DNA of 64,000 nt from Kiloniellaceae bacterium (GTDB lineage: Bacteria > Pseudomonadota > Alphaproteobacteria > Kiloniellales > J153). The notes beneath the pieces are model-generated. The model saw only the letters and a list, made by a program, of their open reading frames with translations, searched no databases and was not told the DNA's origin. A program made the translations under genes and the position numbers. Shown one piece after another: positions 19,847-30,141 of the stretch; positions within the stretch are counted from its first letter, which is position 1; the number at the start of each line of letters is the position of its first letter. The stretch spans positions 7,520-71,519 of the forward strand of contig JAJFGP010000021.1 in NCBI GenBank assembly GCA_021776055.1. The letters run 5' to 3'.

Positions 19847-22125
19847 CAGCGGGTGTCGGACGAGACCACGGAATCGTGTGCGGCGATCGCCGCGGCGATG
19901 ACCAAATCGTTGACCGTTGCCCCCAGGGAGACGATCTGCGCCGGTTTCGAAAGGCCGATGAGGACCGGCCCGATGACCGTGCCGATGTTGGCGCTTTGCA
20001 CCAGCTTGGCAACGATGTTGGCGGAATGCAGCGCCGGCATGACCAAAACGTTGGCGGGTCCGCTGAGCCGGCAGAACGGGTAGATCCGCTGCATCAGGTC
20101 ATAGTCGAGGGCGACGTTGGCCTGCATCTCGCCGTCGTATTCGAAATCGACCTCAAGGGAGTCGAGAACTTGCACCGCATCCCGGATGCGCTGGGCCTTC
20201 TCGCGCATGGGATTGCCGAAATTGGAGAAGCTGAGCAGGGCGACGCGCGGTTCGTGGCCCATGGTCCGGGCCTGGGCGGCCGCCTGGATGGCGATATCGG
20301 CAAGCTGCTCGGGTGTCGGCGTCTCGTGCACGGATGTATCGGCGATGAAGACCGAGTGTCCGTCGAGCAGCATGATGGACATGCCCAACACTCGGTGCCG
20401 CCGCTTTGGATCGATGGCCCGGCTGATGTCGTCGAAGGCAACGCCGAAGCTGCGGGTCAGGCCGGTGACCATGGCATCCGCATCGCCCAGCGCTACCATG
20501 CAGGCGGCGAAGACGTTGCGGTTCTGATTCACCATGCGTTGGCAATCGCGGTAGATGGACCCGCGCCGCCGCCAACGCTCGTAAAGGAAATCGGTATAGC
20601 GCTTGTTGTTGGCCGATAGGCGGGCGTTGTGTATTTCCAAGCCGTCGGTGGCGGCGCCCATTTGCTGCAAGGTCTCGTGCACCAACGCCTCGCGCCCAAC
20701 CAGAACGGGGGTGCCATAGCCGGCATGCAGGAATGCCAGGGCGGCGCGGATCGATGTTTCCTCCTCGCCCTCGGCGAAGACCACGCGCTTGCCGCTGCCG
20801 CGCACTTTTTCGAAGATGCGCTGCAAACCGGCGACGGTTGGATCCAGGCGGGCGGCAAGCTCCTGCCCGTAGACGGTCAAATCGGGGATCGGCCGCCGGG
20901 CAACACCGGTGTCCATGGCCGCCTTGGCCACGGCCTGCGGTACGGCGACGATCAGCCGTGGATCGAAGGGCGCCGGAATGATGTATCCGGGGCCGAAGCG
21001 GACTCGCCGCCCGGCATAGGCGCGGTCGACCTCGTCCGGCACATCCTCGCGTGCTAGGGCGGCCAGGGCCTCGGCGGCGGCGATTTTCATTTCCATGTTG
21101 ATGGTCGAGGCGCGCGCATCCAGGGCGCCCCGGAAGATGTAGGGGAATCCAAGCACGTTGTTGACCTGGTTCGGATAGTCCGAGCGGCCGGTGGCGACGA
21201 TGGCATCCTGGCGCACCGCCTCGATCTCCTCCGGCGTGATCTCCGGGTCCGGATTTGCCATGGCAAAGATAATCGGCTTATCGGCCATGACGCGGACCAT
21301 GTCCTGGGTAACCGCGCCTTTGGCGGACAGGCCGAGGAAAATGTCCGCATCCTTCATGGCTTCGGCCAGGGTGCGCATCTTGGTCTTCACGGCGTGGCCC
21401 GATTTCCACTGGTTCATGCCCTTGGTGCGGCCTTGGTAGATCACCCCCGTGGTATCGCACAGGATCACGTTGCCGTGCTGGACACCCATGGCCTTAAGCA
21501 ACTCGGCGCAGGCGATCCCGGCGGCGCCGGCGCCGTTGATAACCACCCGCACCGAGCCCATCTCGCGCCCCGTTAGGTGCAGGGCGTTGATGACACCGGC
21601 AGCGGTGATGATCGCGGTGCCGTGCTGATCGTCGTGGAAGACCGGGATGTCGAGCAGCTCGCGCAAACGCTGCTCGATGATGAAGCATTCGGGTGCTTTG
21701 ATGTCCTCCAGGTTGATGCCGCCAAAGGTAGGGCCCAAGAAGCGAACGCAGTTGACGAATTCGTCCACGTCGCGGGTATCGACCTCCAGATCGACGCCGT
21801 CCAGATCGGCAAAGCGCTTAAAAAGGACAGCCTTGCCTTCCATGACCGGTTTGGCGCCCAGCGCGCCGAGATCGCCCAGGCCAAGAACCGCGGTGCCGTT
21901 GGAGATGATAGCGACCAAATTGCCCTTGGCCGTGTAGTCGTAGACCTTGTCCGGATCCTCGTGGATTTTCAGGCAGGGTGCGGCGACACCGGGAGAGTAG
22001 GCGAGCGATAGATCGCGCTGGGTGGTCAGCGGCTTGGTCGCGCGTATCTCCAGCTTGCCCGGGCGGCCGTTGGCGTGCAGATCGAGCGCCTCTTGCTCGG
22101 TGATGCGTGAATTGTCGTGATCCAT
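19846..22125 (-). CDS. maeB: NADP-dependent malic enzyme (malic enzyme fused to a phosphotransacetylase-like domain)
   Basis: Malic enzyme N-terminus (LSLAYSPGVAAPC, NGTAVLGLGDLG, NGAGAAGIA) plus a C-terminal PTA-like domain; about 760 aa. ATG 22125 (MDHDNS...) is preferred to ATG 22188. The stop codon shares one base with the phoR ATG (TGATG). Confidence 0.92.
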   Translation of the reverse strand: MDHDNSRITEQEALDLHANGRPGKLEIRATKPLTTQRDLSLAYSPGVAAPCLKIHEDPDKVYDYTAKGNLVAIISNGTAVLGLGDLGALGAKPVMEGKAVLFKRFADLDGVDLEVDTRDVDEFVNCVRFLGPTFGGINLEDIKAPECFIIEQRLRELLDIPVFHDDQHGTAIITAAGVINALHLTGREMGSVRVVINGAGAAGIACAELLKAMGVQHGNVILCDTTGVIYQGRTKGMNQWKSGHAVKTKMRTLAEAMKDADIFLGLSAKGAVTQDMVRVMADKPIIFAMANPDPEITPEEIEAVRQDAIVATGRSDYPNQVNNVLGFPYIFRGALDARASTINMEMKIAAAEALAALAREDVPDEVDRAYAGRRVRFGPGYIIPAPFDPRLIVAVPQAVAKAAMDTGVARRPIPDLTVYGQELAARLDPTVAGLQRIFEKVRGSGKRVVFAEGEEETSIRAALAFLHAGYGTPVLVGREALVHETLQQMGAATDGLEIHNARLSANNKRYTDFLYERWRRRGSIYRDCQRMVNQNRNVFAACMVALGDADAMVTGLTRSFGVAFDDISRAIDPKRRHRVLGMSIMLLDGHSVFIADTSVHETPTPEQLADIAIQAAAQARTMGHEPRVALLSFSNFGNPMREKAQRIRDAVQVLDSLEVDFEYDGEMQANVALDYDLMQRIYPFCRLSGPANVLVMPALHSANIVAKLVQSANIGTVIGPVLIGLSKPAQIVSLGATVNDLVIAAAIAAHDSVVSSDTR

Positions 22126-22206
22126 GTTGGTCCCGCCCCCCGATCTGCGCACGTCGTCGATGTTAGAGACGCATATCCAAGGCGTCAAAGGCCGCTCGCG
22201 CGGGTG

Positions 22207-22692
22207 CTAGTGGCGCTGTCGGCTATGGGAGTGTACATCGGCGGCGCCGTGGCGGCGCAAGATATCGCTCGCCTGGGTCGTCCGATCGTCCGTTTCGGCG
22301 CGTACCCAAAGCAGGACGGCGCCGGATTCCAGGGCGCGGGCGAAGCTTTCCGTATGCGGCGTGGCGCGCACGGTTTCCAGAAGCTCGGCGACTGCCGCCC
22401 CGGTGAGGCCCGCCGCCACCGTCGCCGAGACGGCAGCGCCGACCGGGCCGGTGGCGATCCCGATTAGCCCGGCGGCGGTCAGCGGCCCGACATATTTGAT
22501 TTCCCCCACCAGGGCAGAGAGGGCCTCCTGCCAGGCGGCACCTGAGGTGCCCGCGGCGCTCAGGGACTCGTGTGTGTCCAGAACCGATAGGTCGCTGGTG
22601 ACGAAGCCGGCGGCGAGCAATGCCTCGACCGTGGCGGTGAAGTTCTCGCGCTCGGCGAAACGGCCGACCACTTCGATGCTTTCGGTGTCCAC
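22207..22692 (-). CDS. Hypothetical protein with a Gly/Ala-rich central hydrophobic segment
   Basis: A 161-aa ORF with GC-rich codon usage like its neighbours. Small N- and C-terminal alpha/beta-looking modules flank [36 protein letters not shown] recognise no family. Confidence 0.45.
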   Translation of the reverse strand: MDTESIEVVGRFAERENFTATVEALLAAGFVTSDLSVLDTHESLSAAGTSGAAWQEALSALVGEIKYVGPLTAAGLIGIATGPVGAAVSATVAAGLTGAAVAELLETVRATPHTESFARALESGAVLLWVRAETDDRTTQASDILRRHGAADVHSHSRQRH

Positions 22693-22900
22693 GGTGGCTG
22701 TCCTCCCTGAAAATTCCTATCGCGTCCCCTCCCCATTGTGCCCCGTCGGCAGCGGCTTGCCCAGCCGCCAACCGCCTGTGCTAAGTTGGCTGCGATCCCA
22801 GCAGAAACCGGGCCGATACCCCTTGTCCGAAACTACACACACCGCCTCAACGCACACACCGTCCCCGTCCCCGGCACCGCCGGCTGCCGGTGTCACGCCC

Positions 22901-25558
22901 ATGATAGATCAGTTCCTGCGCCTCAAGCAGGCGCATCCGGATTGCTTGCTCTTTTATCGCATGGGCGATTTTTACGAGCTGTTCTTCGACGATGCGCTGG
23001 CGGCATCGGCGGCATTGGATATCACCCTGACCAAGCGCGGCCTGCACAAAGGCGAAGATGTACCCATGTGCGGTGTGCCGGTACACGCCGCCGACGGATA
23101 TCTGTCTCGCCTGATCAAACACGGTTTCAAGGTTGCCGTCTGCGAGCAGATGGAAGATCCGGCGGCCGCCAAGACACGCGGCGGCAAGTCGCTGGTGCGC
23201 CGCGACGTGGTGCGCTTGGTCACCCCCGGTACCTTGACCGAGGACGAGCACCTGGATGCCCGGGCGCACAACTTCCTCGCGGCGTTGGCGGAGGCGGGTG
23301 GGACGCTCGGCCTTGCTTGGCTGGATATTTCGACCGGCGAATTCCTAGCACAACCGCTCGCATCGGCCGTGGCGGTAACCGCGGCACTTTCGCGCATCGA
23401 TCCCGGTGAGCTGCTTGTCTCCGAGCGTCTGCTGCAAAAGCCGGAGTTGTTCGAGATGCTGGCGGACTGGAAGCCGGTGCTTTCGCCCTTATCCCCGTCG
23501 CGCTTCGATAGCGGCAACGCGCAGTTGCGCCTGGAGGCGCTTTACGGTGTCAAAGCCCTGGAAGCCTTCGGCGACTTCAACCGCGCCGAGTTGGCCGCCG
23601 CCGGGGCGCTGGTCGATTATCTGGAGCTTACTCAAAAAGGGCGCCTGCCGCGCCTCGCCCCACCGCGCCGATTGGGCGCCGGGGCGGTCATGGAGATCGA
23701 TGCGGCGACCCGGCGTAATCTGGAATTGGCCGCGACCTTGACCGGTGCGCGCAAGGGCAGCTTGCTTGGCACCATCGACCGCACGCTCACCGGCGCCGGC
23801 GCGCGCCTGCTGGCATCGCGACTGGCGGCGCCGCTGACCGATCCGGCGGCGATTGCCGAGCGCTGCGACATGGTCGGCTTTCTGATCGAGGAGGCCGATT
23901 TGCGCGCGGATGTGCGCCCGGCCTTGCGCCGCTGCCCGGATGTGGAACGGGCGCTCTCTCGCTTGAGCCTTGGGCGCGGGGGGCCGCGCGATTTGGCGGC
24001 GGTGCGCGATGCCCTGCGCGAGGCCGGACAGGTGCGCGGCCTTCTGCACGGCGGTGGTTTGCGTCCGTTGCCCGAGGGTCTGGTGGTGGCGGCGGGCGAT
24101 CTCGGCATCCAGGATACCGTGGTCGAGCGTCTGAGCCGGGCGCTCGGCCCCGATCTGCCGGTGCATGCCCGGGACGGCGGCTTTATCGCTCCCGGCTACG
24201 CCCCGGAGTTGGATGAGATCAAGACCCTGCGCGACGAGGGCCGGCGCCTGGTGGCCGGCCTGCAGAGCAAGTATTCGGTACAGACCGGGGTGACCTCCCT
24301 GAAAATCCGCCACAACAACGTGCTCGGCTACTTCATCGAGGTAACGCCGACCCATGCCGAAAAGGTGCGTGGTGCCGAGGAAAGCCCGTTCATCCATCGG
24401 CAAAGCCTGGCCAGCGCCGTGCGGTTCGCCACGGTGGAGTTGGGCGAGTTGGAAACCAAAATCACCGGCGCGGCGGATAAGGCGCTGGCCGTCGAGCAGC
24501 GCCTGTTCGATGATTTAACCGGCGGGGTGGTGGGCCGTGGCGAGGAGATTGCCCGCTGCGCCCGGGCCCTGGCGGCCATCGATGTGGCCGCGACCTTGGC
24601 CGAGGTGGCGGTGGCCGGGCGTTGGTGCCGGCCCAAGGTTGACGAGACCACCGCCTTCGCCGTGCGCGGTGGCCGCCATCCGGTGGTCGAGGCCGCGCTG
24701 GCCGAGGCGCAAATCGGCGGCTTCGTCGCCAACGATTGCCATCTGGGCGGGGCAACCGGGGATACGTCGGATGCGGGGGAAACGCGCATCTGGCTGGTCA
24801 CGGGCCCGAACATGGCGGGCAAAAGCACCTTCTTGCGGCAAAACGCGCTGATCGCGGTTTTAGCCCAGATGGGCGCCTATGTGCCCGCCGAAGCGGCGCA
24901 TATCGGGGTGGTCGATCGCCTGTTCAGCCGGGTCGGGGCGGCGGACGATCTGGCGCGCGGCCGCTCCACCTTTATGGTCGAGATGGTCGAAACCGCGGTG
25001 ATTCTCAATCAGGCCGGCCCCCGCGCGCTGGTTATTCTCGACGAGATCGGCCGAGGCACGGCGACCTTCGATGGCCTCTCGCTCGCCTGGGCTTGTGTCG
25101 AGCATTTGCACGAGGTCAACCGCTGCCGCGCCTTGTTCGCCACCCATTTTCACGAACTTACGGCCTTGGCGGGAAAGTTATCGGGCCTGGCCTGCCATAC
25201 CATGCGGGTCAAGGAGTGGCGGGGCGAGGTGGTGTTTCTGCACGAGGTAGCATCGGGTGCCGCCGACCGTTCCTACGGTATTCATGTGGCCAAGTTGGCC
25301 GGCCTGCCGGCCGCGGCGGTCGCCCGCGCCGAGGCGGTCCTGACCATGCTGGAGCAGGGCGAGCAGGCCGGGGCGTTGGGCCGCTTGGCCGACGATCTGC
25401 CGCTTTTCGCCGCCCGGCCGGTTGGCACCACCGCGGCGCTCGCGCCGTCGCCGGTATCGCAGGCTCTGGCCGCCACCGACCCGGATACGCTGACCCCCAA
25501 AGCCGCCCTCGACGTGCTCTACGAGCTCAAGCGTTTGGCGGCGGACGACAAGGGGTAG
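22901..25558 (+). CDS. mutS: DNA mismatch repair protein MutS
   Basis: N-terminal mismatch-binding motif ([34 protein letters not shown]), Walker [10 protein letters not shown], and STFMVEM. The start could be up to about 26 codons upstream (in-frame TTG at 22823). The ORF-track start at 22361 is a GC-rich open-frame artefact that overlaps the divergent gene. Confidence 0.93.
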   Translation: MIDQFLRLKQAHPDCLLFYRMGDFYELFFDDALAASAALDITLTKRGLHKGEDVPMCGVPVHAADGYLSRLIKHGFKVAVCEQMEDPAAAKTRGGKSLVRRDVVRLVTPGTLTEDEHLDARAHNFLAALAEAGGTLGLAWLDISTGEFLAQPLASAVAVTAALSRIDPGELLVSERLLQKPELFEMLADWKPVLSPLSPSRFDSGNAQLRLEALYGVKALEAFGDFNRAELAAAGALVDYLELTQKGRLPRLAPPRRLGAGAVMEIDAATRRNLELAATLTGARKGSLLGTIDRTLTGAGARLLASRLAAPLTDPAAIAERCDMVGFLIEEADLRADVRPALRRCPDVERALSRLSLGRGGPRDLAAVRDALREAGQVRGLLHGGGLRPLPEGLVVAAGDLGIQDTVVERLSRALGPDLPVHARDGGFIAPGYAPELDEIKTLRDEGRRLVAGLQSKYSVQTGVTSLKIRHNNVLGYFIEVTPTHAEKVRGAEESPFIHRQSLASAVRFATVELGELETKITGAADKALAVEQRLFDDLTGGVVGRGEEIARCARALAAIDVAATLAEVAVAGRWCRPKVDETTAFAVRGGRHPVVEAALAEAQIGGFVANDCHLGGATGDTSDAGETRIWLVTGPNMAGKSTFLRQNALIAVLAQMGAYVPAEAAHIGVVDRLFSRVGAADDLARGRSTFMVEMVETAVILNQAGPRALVILDEIGRGTATFDGLSLAWACVEHLHEVNRCRALFATHFHELTALAGKLSGLACHTMRVKEWRGEVVFLHEVASGAADRSYGIHVAKLAGLPAAAVARAEAVLTMLEQGEQAGALGRLADDLPLFAARPVGTTAALAPSPVSQALAATDPDTLTPKAALDVLYELKRLAADDKG

Positions 25559-25563
25559 CGGCC

Positions 25564-28428
25564 ATGGAAGCCTTGGCGCTGCAAAACCCGCCTGAGGTCG
25601 AGGTCGAGAAGCCTCGGGCCATTATCGAGCGGCGGCTTTTGCGCGGCGCGGTGGCGGAAATCGCTGCGGCCAAGTTACCGCCGGTCGAAGCGCGAAGCCG
25701 GATTCTGGTGGCGCTCAAGGCAACCCTAGCAACGGGGCGCGCCGAGATTCGTCGGCGCTTCGATGGCGGCGCCTCGGGTCGGGCCGTGGTTCGCGCCAAC
25801 TGTCATCTGGTCGATCAGATGGTCCGTGTTGTTTTCGACCATGTCAGTGAGCACGTCCATCCGGCGGGCAGCCTGTCCACCGGCGAGGTCTTGTCCCTGG
25901 TTGCTGTGGGCGGCTACGGCCGCGGCGAAATGGCGCCCCATTCCGATGTGGATCTCTTGTTCCTCATTCCCTACAAGCTGACGCCGCGCACGGAACAAGT
26001 GATCGAGGACGTTCTCTATTTTCTCTGGGACTTGGGGCTCAAGGTGGGCCAGGCGACCCGGTCGGTGGACGATTGCCTGCGCCAGGCAAAGGCGGATCTG
26101 ACCATCTGCACCAGCCTGCTGGAGGCGCGCTGGCTGTGGGGCGATCAGGATCTCTACCGGACTTTGCGCAAGCGTTTTCAGAAAGAGGTGGCGGCCGTTA
26201 GCGACGCGGCGCGGTTCATCGAGGCCAAGCTGGGCGAACGCGCCGAGCGGCATAAACGATTGGGTGGGTCGCGCTATTCCCTGGAGCCGAACATCAAGGA
26301 GGGTAAGGGGGGCCTGCGCGATCTGCACACCCTCTATTGGATCGGCAAGTTTATCTATCAGGTGGACGATGTTGCCGAGTTGACGACGCGCGGTGTCTTC
26401 ACCCGCACCGAGGCGCGGCGCTTCGACAAGGCGCAGAACTTTCTCTGGACCCTGCGCTGCCACCTGCATTACGCCACCGGCCGGGCCGAGGAGCGCTTGA
26501 CCTTCGATCTACAGAAGGAGATCGCGCCGCGCCTGGGGTATACGGATCGGGCCGGGTTGCTCGATGTCGAACGCTTCATGAAGCATTATTTCCTGGTCGC
26601 CAAGGACGTGGGCGATCTAACGCGCATCTTCTGCGCCACCCTGGAGGCCGAACACGACCGGCGCTCACGCTTTCGCCTGCCCACCTTGCGCCGGCGGCGG
26701 GCGATCGAGGGTTTCCGTTTGGAGCGCGATCGGCTGAGCGTCGCCGAGCCGGAGGTTTTCGCCAAGCAGCCGGTGCAGATGTTGCGCATTTTCCATGCGG
26801 CGCAAAAACACGACTTGGATATCCATCCCGAGGTGTTGCGCTGGATCACGCAGAATCTGAAACATATCGATGCGGCCGTGCGCGCCGATGCCGAGGCCAA
26901 CCGCCTGTTCCTCGATATGCTCACCTCGGCGAACGATCCGGAGACGACCTTACGCCGGCTCAACGAGGCCGGCGTCCTCGGCCGCTTCGTGCCCGACTTC
27001 GGCCGCGTGGTCGCACAGATGCAATACAACATGTACCACCACTATACGGTCGATGAGCACACCATCTTTGCCATCGGTATTCTGCATAAAATCGAGCAAG
27101 GCTTGCTCAAGGAGCAGGCACCGATCGCCTCTGAGGTGGTGCACAAAGTGCTCTCGCGCCGGGTGCTTTATCTGGCGGTGCTGCTGCACGATATCGCCAA
27201 GGGCCGCGGCGGCGATCATTCGCAACTCGGCGCCAAGGTGGCGCGTAAACTGTGCCCGCGTCTGGGCTTAAGCGAAGAGGAGACGGAGACGGTCGCCTGG
27301 CTGGTGCTGCAGCATTTGGCCATGTCGGATACGGCCTTCAAGCGCGATCTGACGGACCCGCAAACCATCGCGGATTTTTCGGCGCGGGTGCAATCGCCGG
27401 AGCGTTTGCGCCTGCTGCTGGTTCTCACCGTTGCCGATATTCGCGCCGTCGGACCCGGCGTCTGGAGCGCCTGGAAGGCGGCGCTGTTGCGCGATCTTTA
27501 TTGGCGCGCCGAGGAGGCGCTCACCGGCGGTGTCGCCGAAGACAGCCGGCCGGCGCGGGTCGAGGCCGCGCAAGCGGATTTACGCGGCAAGCTTGGCGAT
27601 TGGCCGGAAGAAGATATCAAGGCGCATCTGGCGCGCGGCTATGCGCCTTATTGGCTGTCGGTCGATGGTGAGACTCACGAGCGCCATGCGCGTCTGGTGC
27701 GTGAGGCGGAGCGGCGCCAGGCACCGCTGACCGTCGATACGCGCATCGACCGCTATCGTCAGGTGACCGAGGTTACCGTCTATACCGCCGATCACGCGGG
27801 CCTGTTCAGCCGCATTGCCGGGGCCATGGCGGTGGCGGGGGCGAGCATCGATGCGGCGCGCATCTTTACCTTGGCCAACGGCATGGCGTTGGATACCTTT
27901 TATGTGCGCGATGCGGTGGGCGGCCCCTTCGACCGGCCGGACCATCTCGCCCGCCTGTCGGCCGCCGTCGAGCAAACCTTGGCCGGGCGTTTGAAACCGG
28001 TGCAGGAGTTGGCCCGCCGCCGGTCGTCCTTGCCCAGCCGCCTGCGCGTCTTCAAGGTCACCCCGCGCGTGCTCATCGACAACAAGGCGAGTGCGCGCGC
28101 CACCGTCATCGAGGTCAACGGCCGCGACCGGGCCGGGTTGCTTTACGATCTCACGCGAGCACTCTCCAAGTTGAACCTGATGATCCATGGCGCGCGCATC
28201 GCCACCTATGGCGAGCAGGCCGTCGACGTCTTTTATGTGCAGGATGCGCTGGGCGATAAGATTCAGGCGCCGGCCAAGCTCAAGCGTATTCACGAACGCC
28301 TGATCGCGGCGCTGGCGGACGGCGAGAGCAAGCCGGCCCCGAAGAAGCCGGCCCCGAAGAAGCCGGCTGCCAAGAAACCAGCCGTCAAGAAGACCAAGGT
28401 GCGTCGGGCCAAGCCGGCTGCCGAGTAG
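25564..28428 (+). CDS. glnD: Bifunctional [protein-PII] uridylyltransferase/uridylyl-removing enzyme GlnD, with an extra C-terminal K/P/A-rich tail
   Basis: NTase motif (VAVGGYGRGEMAPHSDVDLLFL), HD domain (LLHDIAKG), and two C-terminal ACT-like segments. ATG 25564 lies 5 nt after the mutS stop; the ORF-track start at 24736 is an artefact. Confidence 0.93.
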   Translation: MEALALQNPPEVEVEKPRAIIERRLLRGAVAEIAAAKLPPVEARSRILVALKATLATGRAEIRRRFDGGASGRAVVRANCHLVDQMVRVVFDHVSEHVHPAGSLSTGEVLSLVAVGGYGRGEMAPHSDVDLLFLIPYKLTPRTEQVIEDVLYFLWDLGLKVGQATRSVDDCLRQAKADLTICTSLLEARWLWGDQDLYRTLRKRFQKEVAAVSDAARFIEAKLGERAERHKRLGGSRYSLEPNIKEGKGGLRDLHTLYWIGKFIYQVDDVAELTTRGVFTRTEARRFDKAQNFLWTLRCHLHYATGRAEERLTFDLQKEIAPRLGYTDRAGLLDVERFMKHYFLVAKDVGDLTRIFCATLEAEHDRRSRFRLPTLRRRRAIEGFRLERDRLSVAEPEVFAKQPVQMLRIFHAAQKHDLDIHPEVLRWITQNLKHIDAAVRADAEANRLFLDMLTSANDPETTLRRLNEAGVLGRFVPDFGRVVAQMQYNMYHHYTVDEHTIFAIGILHKIEQGLLKEQAPIASEVVHKVLSRRVLYLAVLLHDIAKGRGGDHSQLGAKVARKLCPRLGLSEEETETVAWLVLQHLAMSDTAFKRDLTDPQTIADFSARVQSPERLRLLLVLTVADIRAVGPGVWSAWKAALLRDLYWRAEEALTGGVAEDSRPARVEAAQADLRGKLGDWPEEDIKAHLARGYAPYWLSVDGETHERHARLVREAERRQAPLTVDTRIDRYRQVTEVTVYTADHAGLFSRIAGAMAVAGASIDAARIFTLANGMALDTFYVRDAVGGPFDRPDHLARLSAAVEQTLAGRLKPVQELARRRSSLPSRLRVFKVTPRVLIDNKASARATVIEVNGRDRAGLLYDLTRALSKLNLMIHGARIATYGEQAVDVFYVQDALGDKIQAPAKLKRIHERLIAALADGESKPAPKKPAPKKPAAKKPAVKKTKVRRAKPAAE
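28330..28389 (+). repeat. Four in-frame 15-nt tandem units encoding KPAPK-KPAPK-KPAAK-KPAVK at the extreme 3' end of glnD
   Basis: aagccggccccgaag occurs twice perfectly (28330-28359), followed by two degenerate units. Confidence 0.9.
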
Positions 28429-28488
28429 ACGGCCGAGTAAATGGTGGCGCTTTCCCGACTCCCCGCAATCCTTTAGACAGTCGACACA

Positions 28489-30057
28489 ATGGCGCTTGTC
28501 CGTTCCCTTGCCACTGTTGGCGGCTATACCGGCATTAGCCGGATTCTCGGTCTTGTCCGCGATATGCTGTTTGCCCCGGTGCTCGGGACCGGGCCGGTGG
28601 CGGATGCCTTCTTTGTCGCCTTTCGTCTGCCGAATTTGTTCCGCCGGCTTTTTGCCGAAGGTGCCTTCAACGCCGCATTCGTGCCTCTGTTTGCCCGCCA
28701 TCTGGAGCACGAGGGGCGGGATGCGGCGCGTCTGTTCGCCGAGCAGAGCCTGGCGGTTCTCTTGGCCCTTCTCCTGCTACTGACGGCGGCGGCCATGGCC
28801 TTCATGCCGTGGCTGATGTACCTGCTCGCGCCCGGCTTCGCGGCGCAGCCGGCGAAGTTCGATATGGCGGTCGCGCTTAGCCGCGTTACCTTCCCCTATC
28901 TCCTGTTCATGGGGTTGGTTGCCTTGCTGAGCGGTCTTTTGAATTCGCTCTACAAGTTCGCTGCGGCGGCGGCGGCGCCGATTGTGCTCAATGTCTTTTT
29001 CGTTTTCTCCATGGTGGTCATCCTGCCGTTCACGGGTGCGCCCGGCGAGCTTCTGGCGTGGACGGTGGCGGCCGCCGGGATCGGTCAGTTCATTCTGCTG
29101 CTGGTAGCCTGCCGCCGGGCCGGCATGGTCTTGCGCCTGCCCCGCCCGCGCCTGACTCCTGGCGTTGTACGTTTGTTGAAACTGATGGGGCCCGGGCTGA
29201 TCTCCGCCGGGGCCATGCAGATCAACCTGATGGTCGGGACCATCATCGCCTCGCTGCAGGTCGGCGCCGTGTCATATCTCTATTACGCTGATCGAATCTA
29301 TCAGCTGCCGCTGGGTCTGATCGGCATTGCCTTCGGTGTGGTCCTATTGCCCGATCTGGCGCGCAAGCTGCGCAGCGGCGCCGAGGCCCAGGCCATGCAC
29401 AGCTTCAACCGCGGCCTCGAGCTGGCGATGTTTCTGACCTTGCCGGCGGCGGTTGCTTTGCTGGTCATCCCGGAGCCGATCATCGTCGTCCTGTTCGAAC
29501 GCGGCGCCTTCGATCGGGCGGATGCGCAGGCGACCGCTTTGGCCCTTGCCGCCTTTGCCGCGGGCCTACCGGCCTTTGTGCTGATCAAGGTGCTGCAGCC
29601 GGCTTTCTTCGCGCGCGAGGATACGGTCACCCCGTTGCGCATGGCCCTGGTGACCGTGGCCGCGAACGTGGTTCTCAGTCTGGCGCTTTTCTGGTCCTTG
29701 CGCTACGTGGGCTTGGCCTTGGCCACGACCCTGGCTGCTTGGCTGAATACCGGCCTGCTCGTTTGGGCGCTGCGGCGGCGGGGGTTTATGACCCTCGATC
29801 AACGCTGCACGACGCGCCTGCCGCGCATTGTCGTGGCCAGCACCCTGATGGGCGCCGCCCTTTGGGCGGCGGTCGGTTGGCTCGAACCTTGGTTCGACGG
29901 GGAAACGCCAGTGCGCATCCTAGGCCTCGCCATTCTGGTCGGCGGCGGCCTGGCGGCTTACGGCGCGCTGGCCCTTGTCTTGCGGGCGATGGCGCCAGGG
30001 GATCTGGCTAAGCTTTTGCGCCGCCCGCCAGTGGAATCAGACGGGCGCACCGGATAG
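28489..30057 (+). CDS. murJ: Lipid II flippase MurJ (MviN)
   Basis: N-terminus LSRILGLVRDMLFAPVLGTGPVADAFFVAFRLPNLFRRLFAEGAFNAAFVP is the MurJ hallmark; the protein has 14 TM segments. Confidence 0.95.
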   Translation: MALVRSLATVGGYTGISRILGLVRDMLFAPVLGTGPVADAFFVAFRLPNLFRRLFAEGAFNAAFVPLFARHLEHEGRDAARLFAEQSLAVLLALLLLLTAAAMAFMPWLMYLLAPGFAAQPAKFDMAVALSRVTFPYLLFMGLVALLSGLLNSLYKFAAAAAAPIVLNVFFVFSMVVILPFTGAPGELLAWTVAAAGIGQFILLLVACRRAGMVLRLPRPRLTPGVVRLLKLMGPGLISAGAMQINLMVGTIIASLQVGAVSYLYYADRIYQLPLGLIGIAFGVVLLPDLARKLRSGAEAQAMHSFNRGLELAMFLTLPAAVALLVIPEPIIVVLFERGAFDRADAQATALALAAFAAGLPAFVLIKVLQPAFFAREDTVTPLRMALVTVAANVVLSLALFWSLRYVGLALATTLAAWLNTGLLVWALRRRGFMTLDQRCTTRLPRIVVASTLMGAALWAAVGWLEPWFDGETPVRILGLAILVGGGLAAYGALALVLRAMAPGDLAKLLRRPPVESDGRTG

Positions 30058-30141
30058 CACCCCTTGACCGCGTTGCGGCGATGCGGCGATAACCCGGCTC
30101 CGCTCTAAAGCCGTACGGATGGCCCCAGGGACAACAAGATC

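Noticed and set aside
22361-22900. A 180-codon N-terminal extension of the mutS ORF in the track, and likewise 24736-25563 for glnD, 35089-35376 for the nitroreductase, 6913-7029 for the kinase, and 13719-13892 for phoU.
   Set aside because: The extensions overlap neighbouring genes and have no similarity to the protein families. Conserved N-termini begin at internal start codons with better RBS or coupling geometry.
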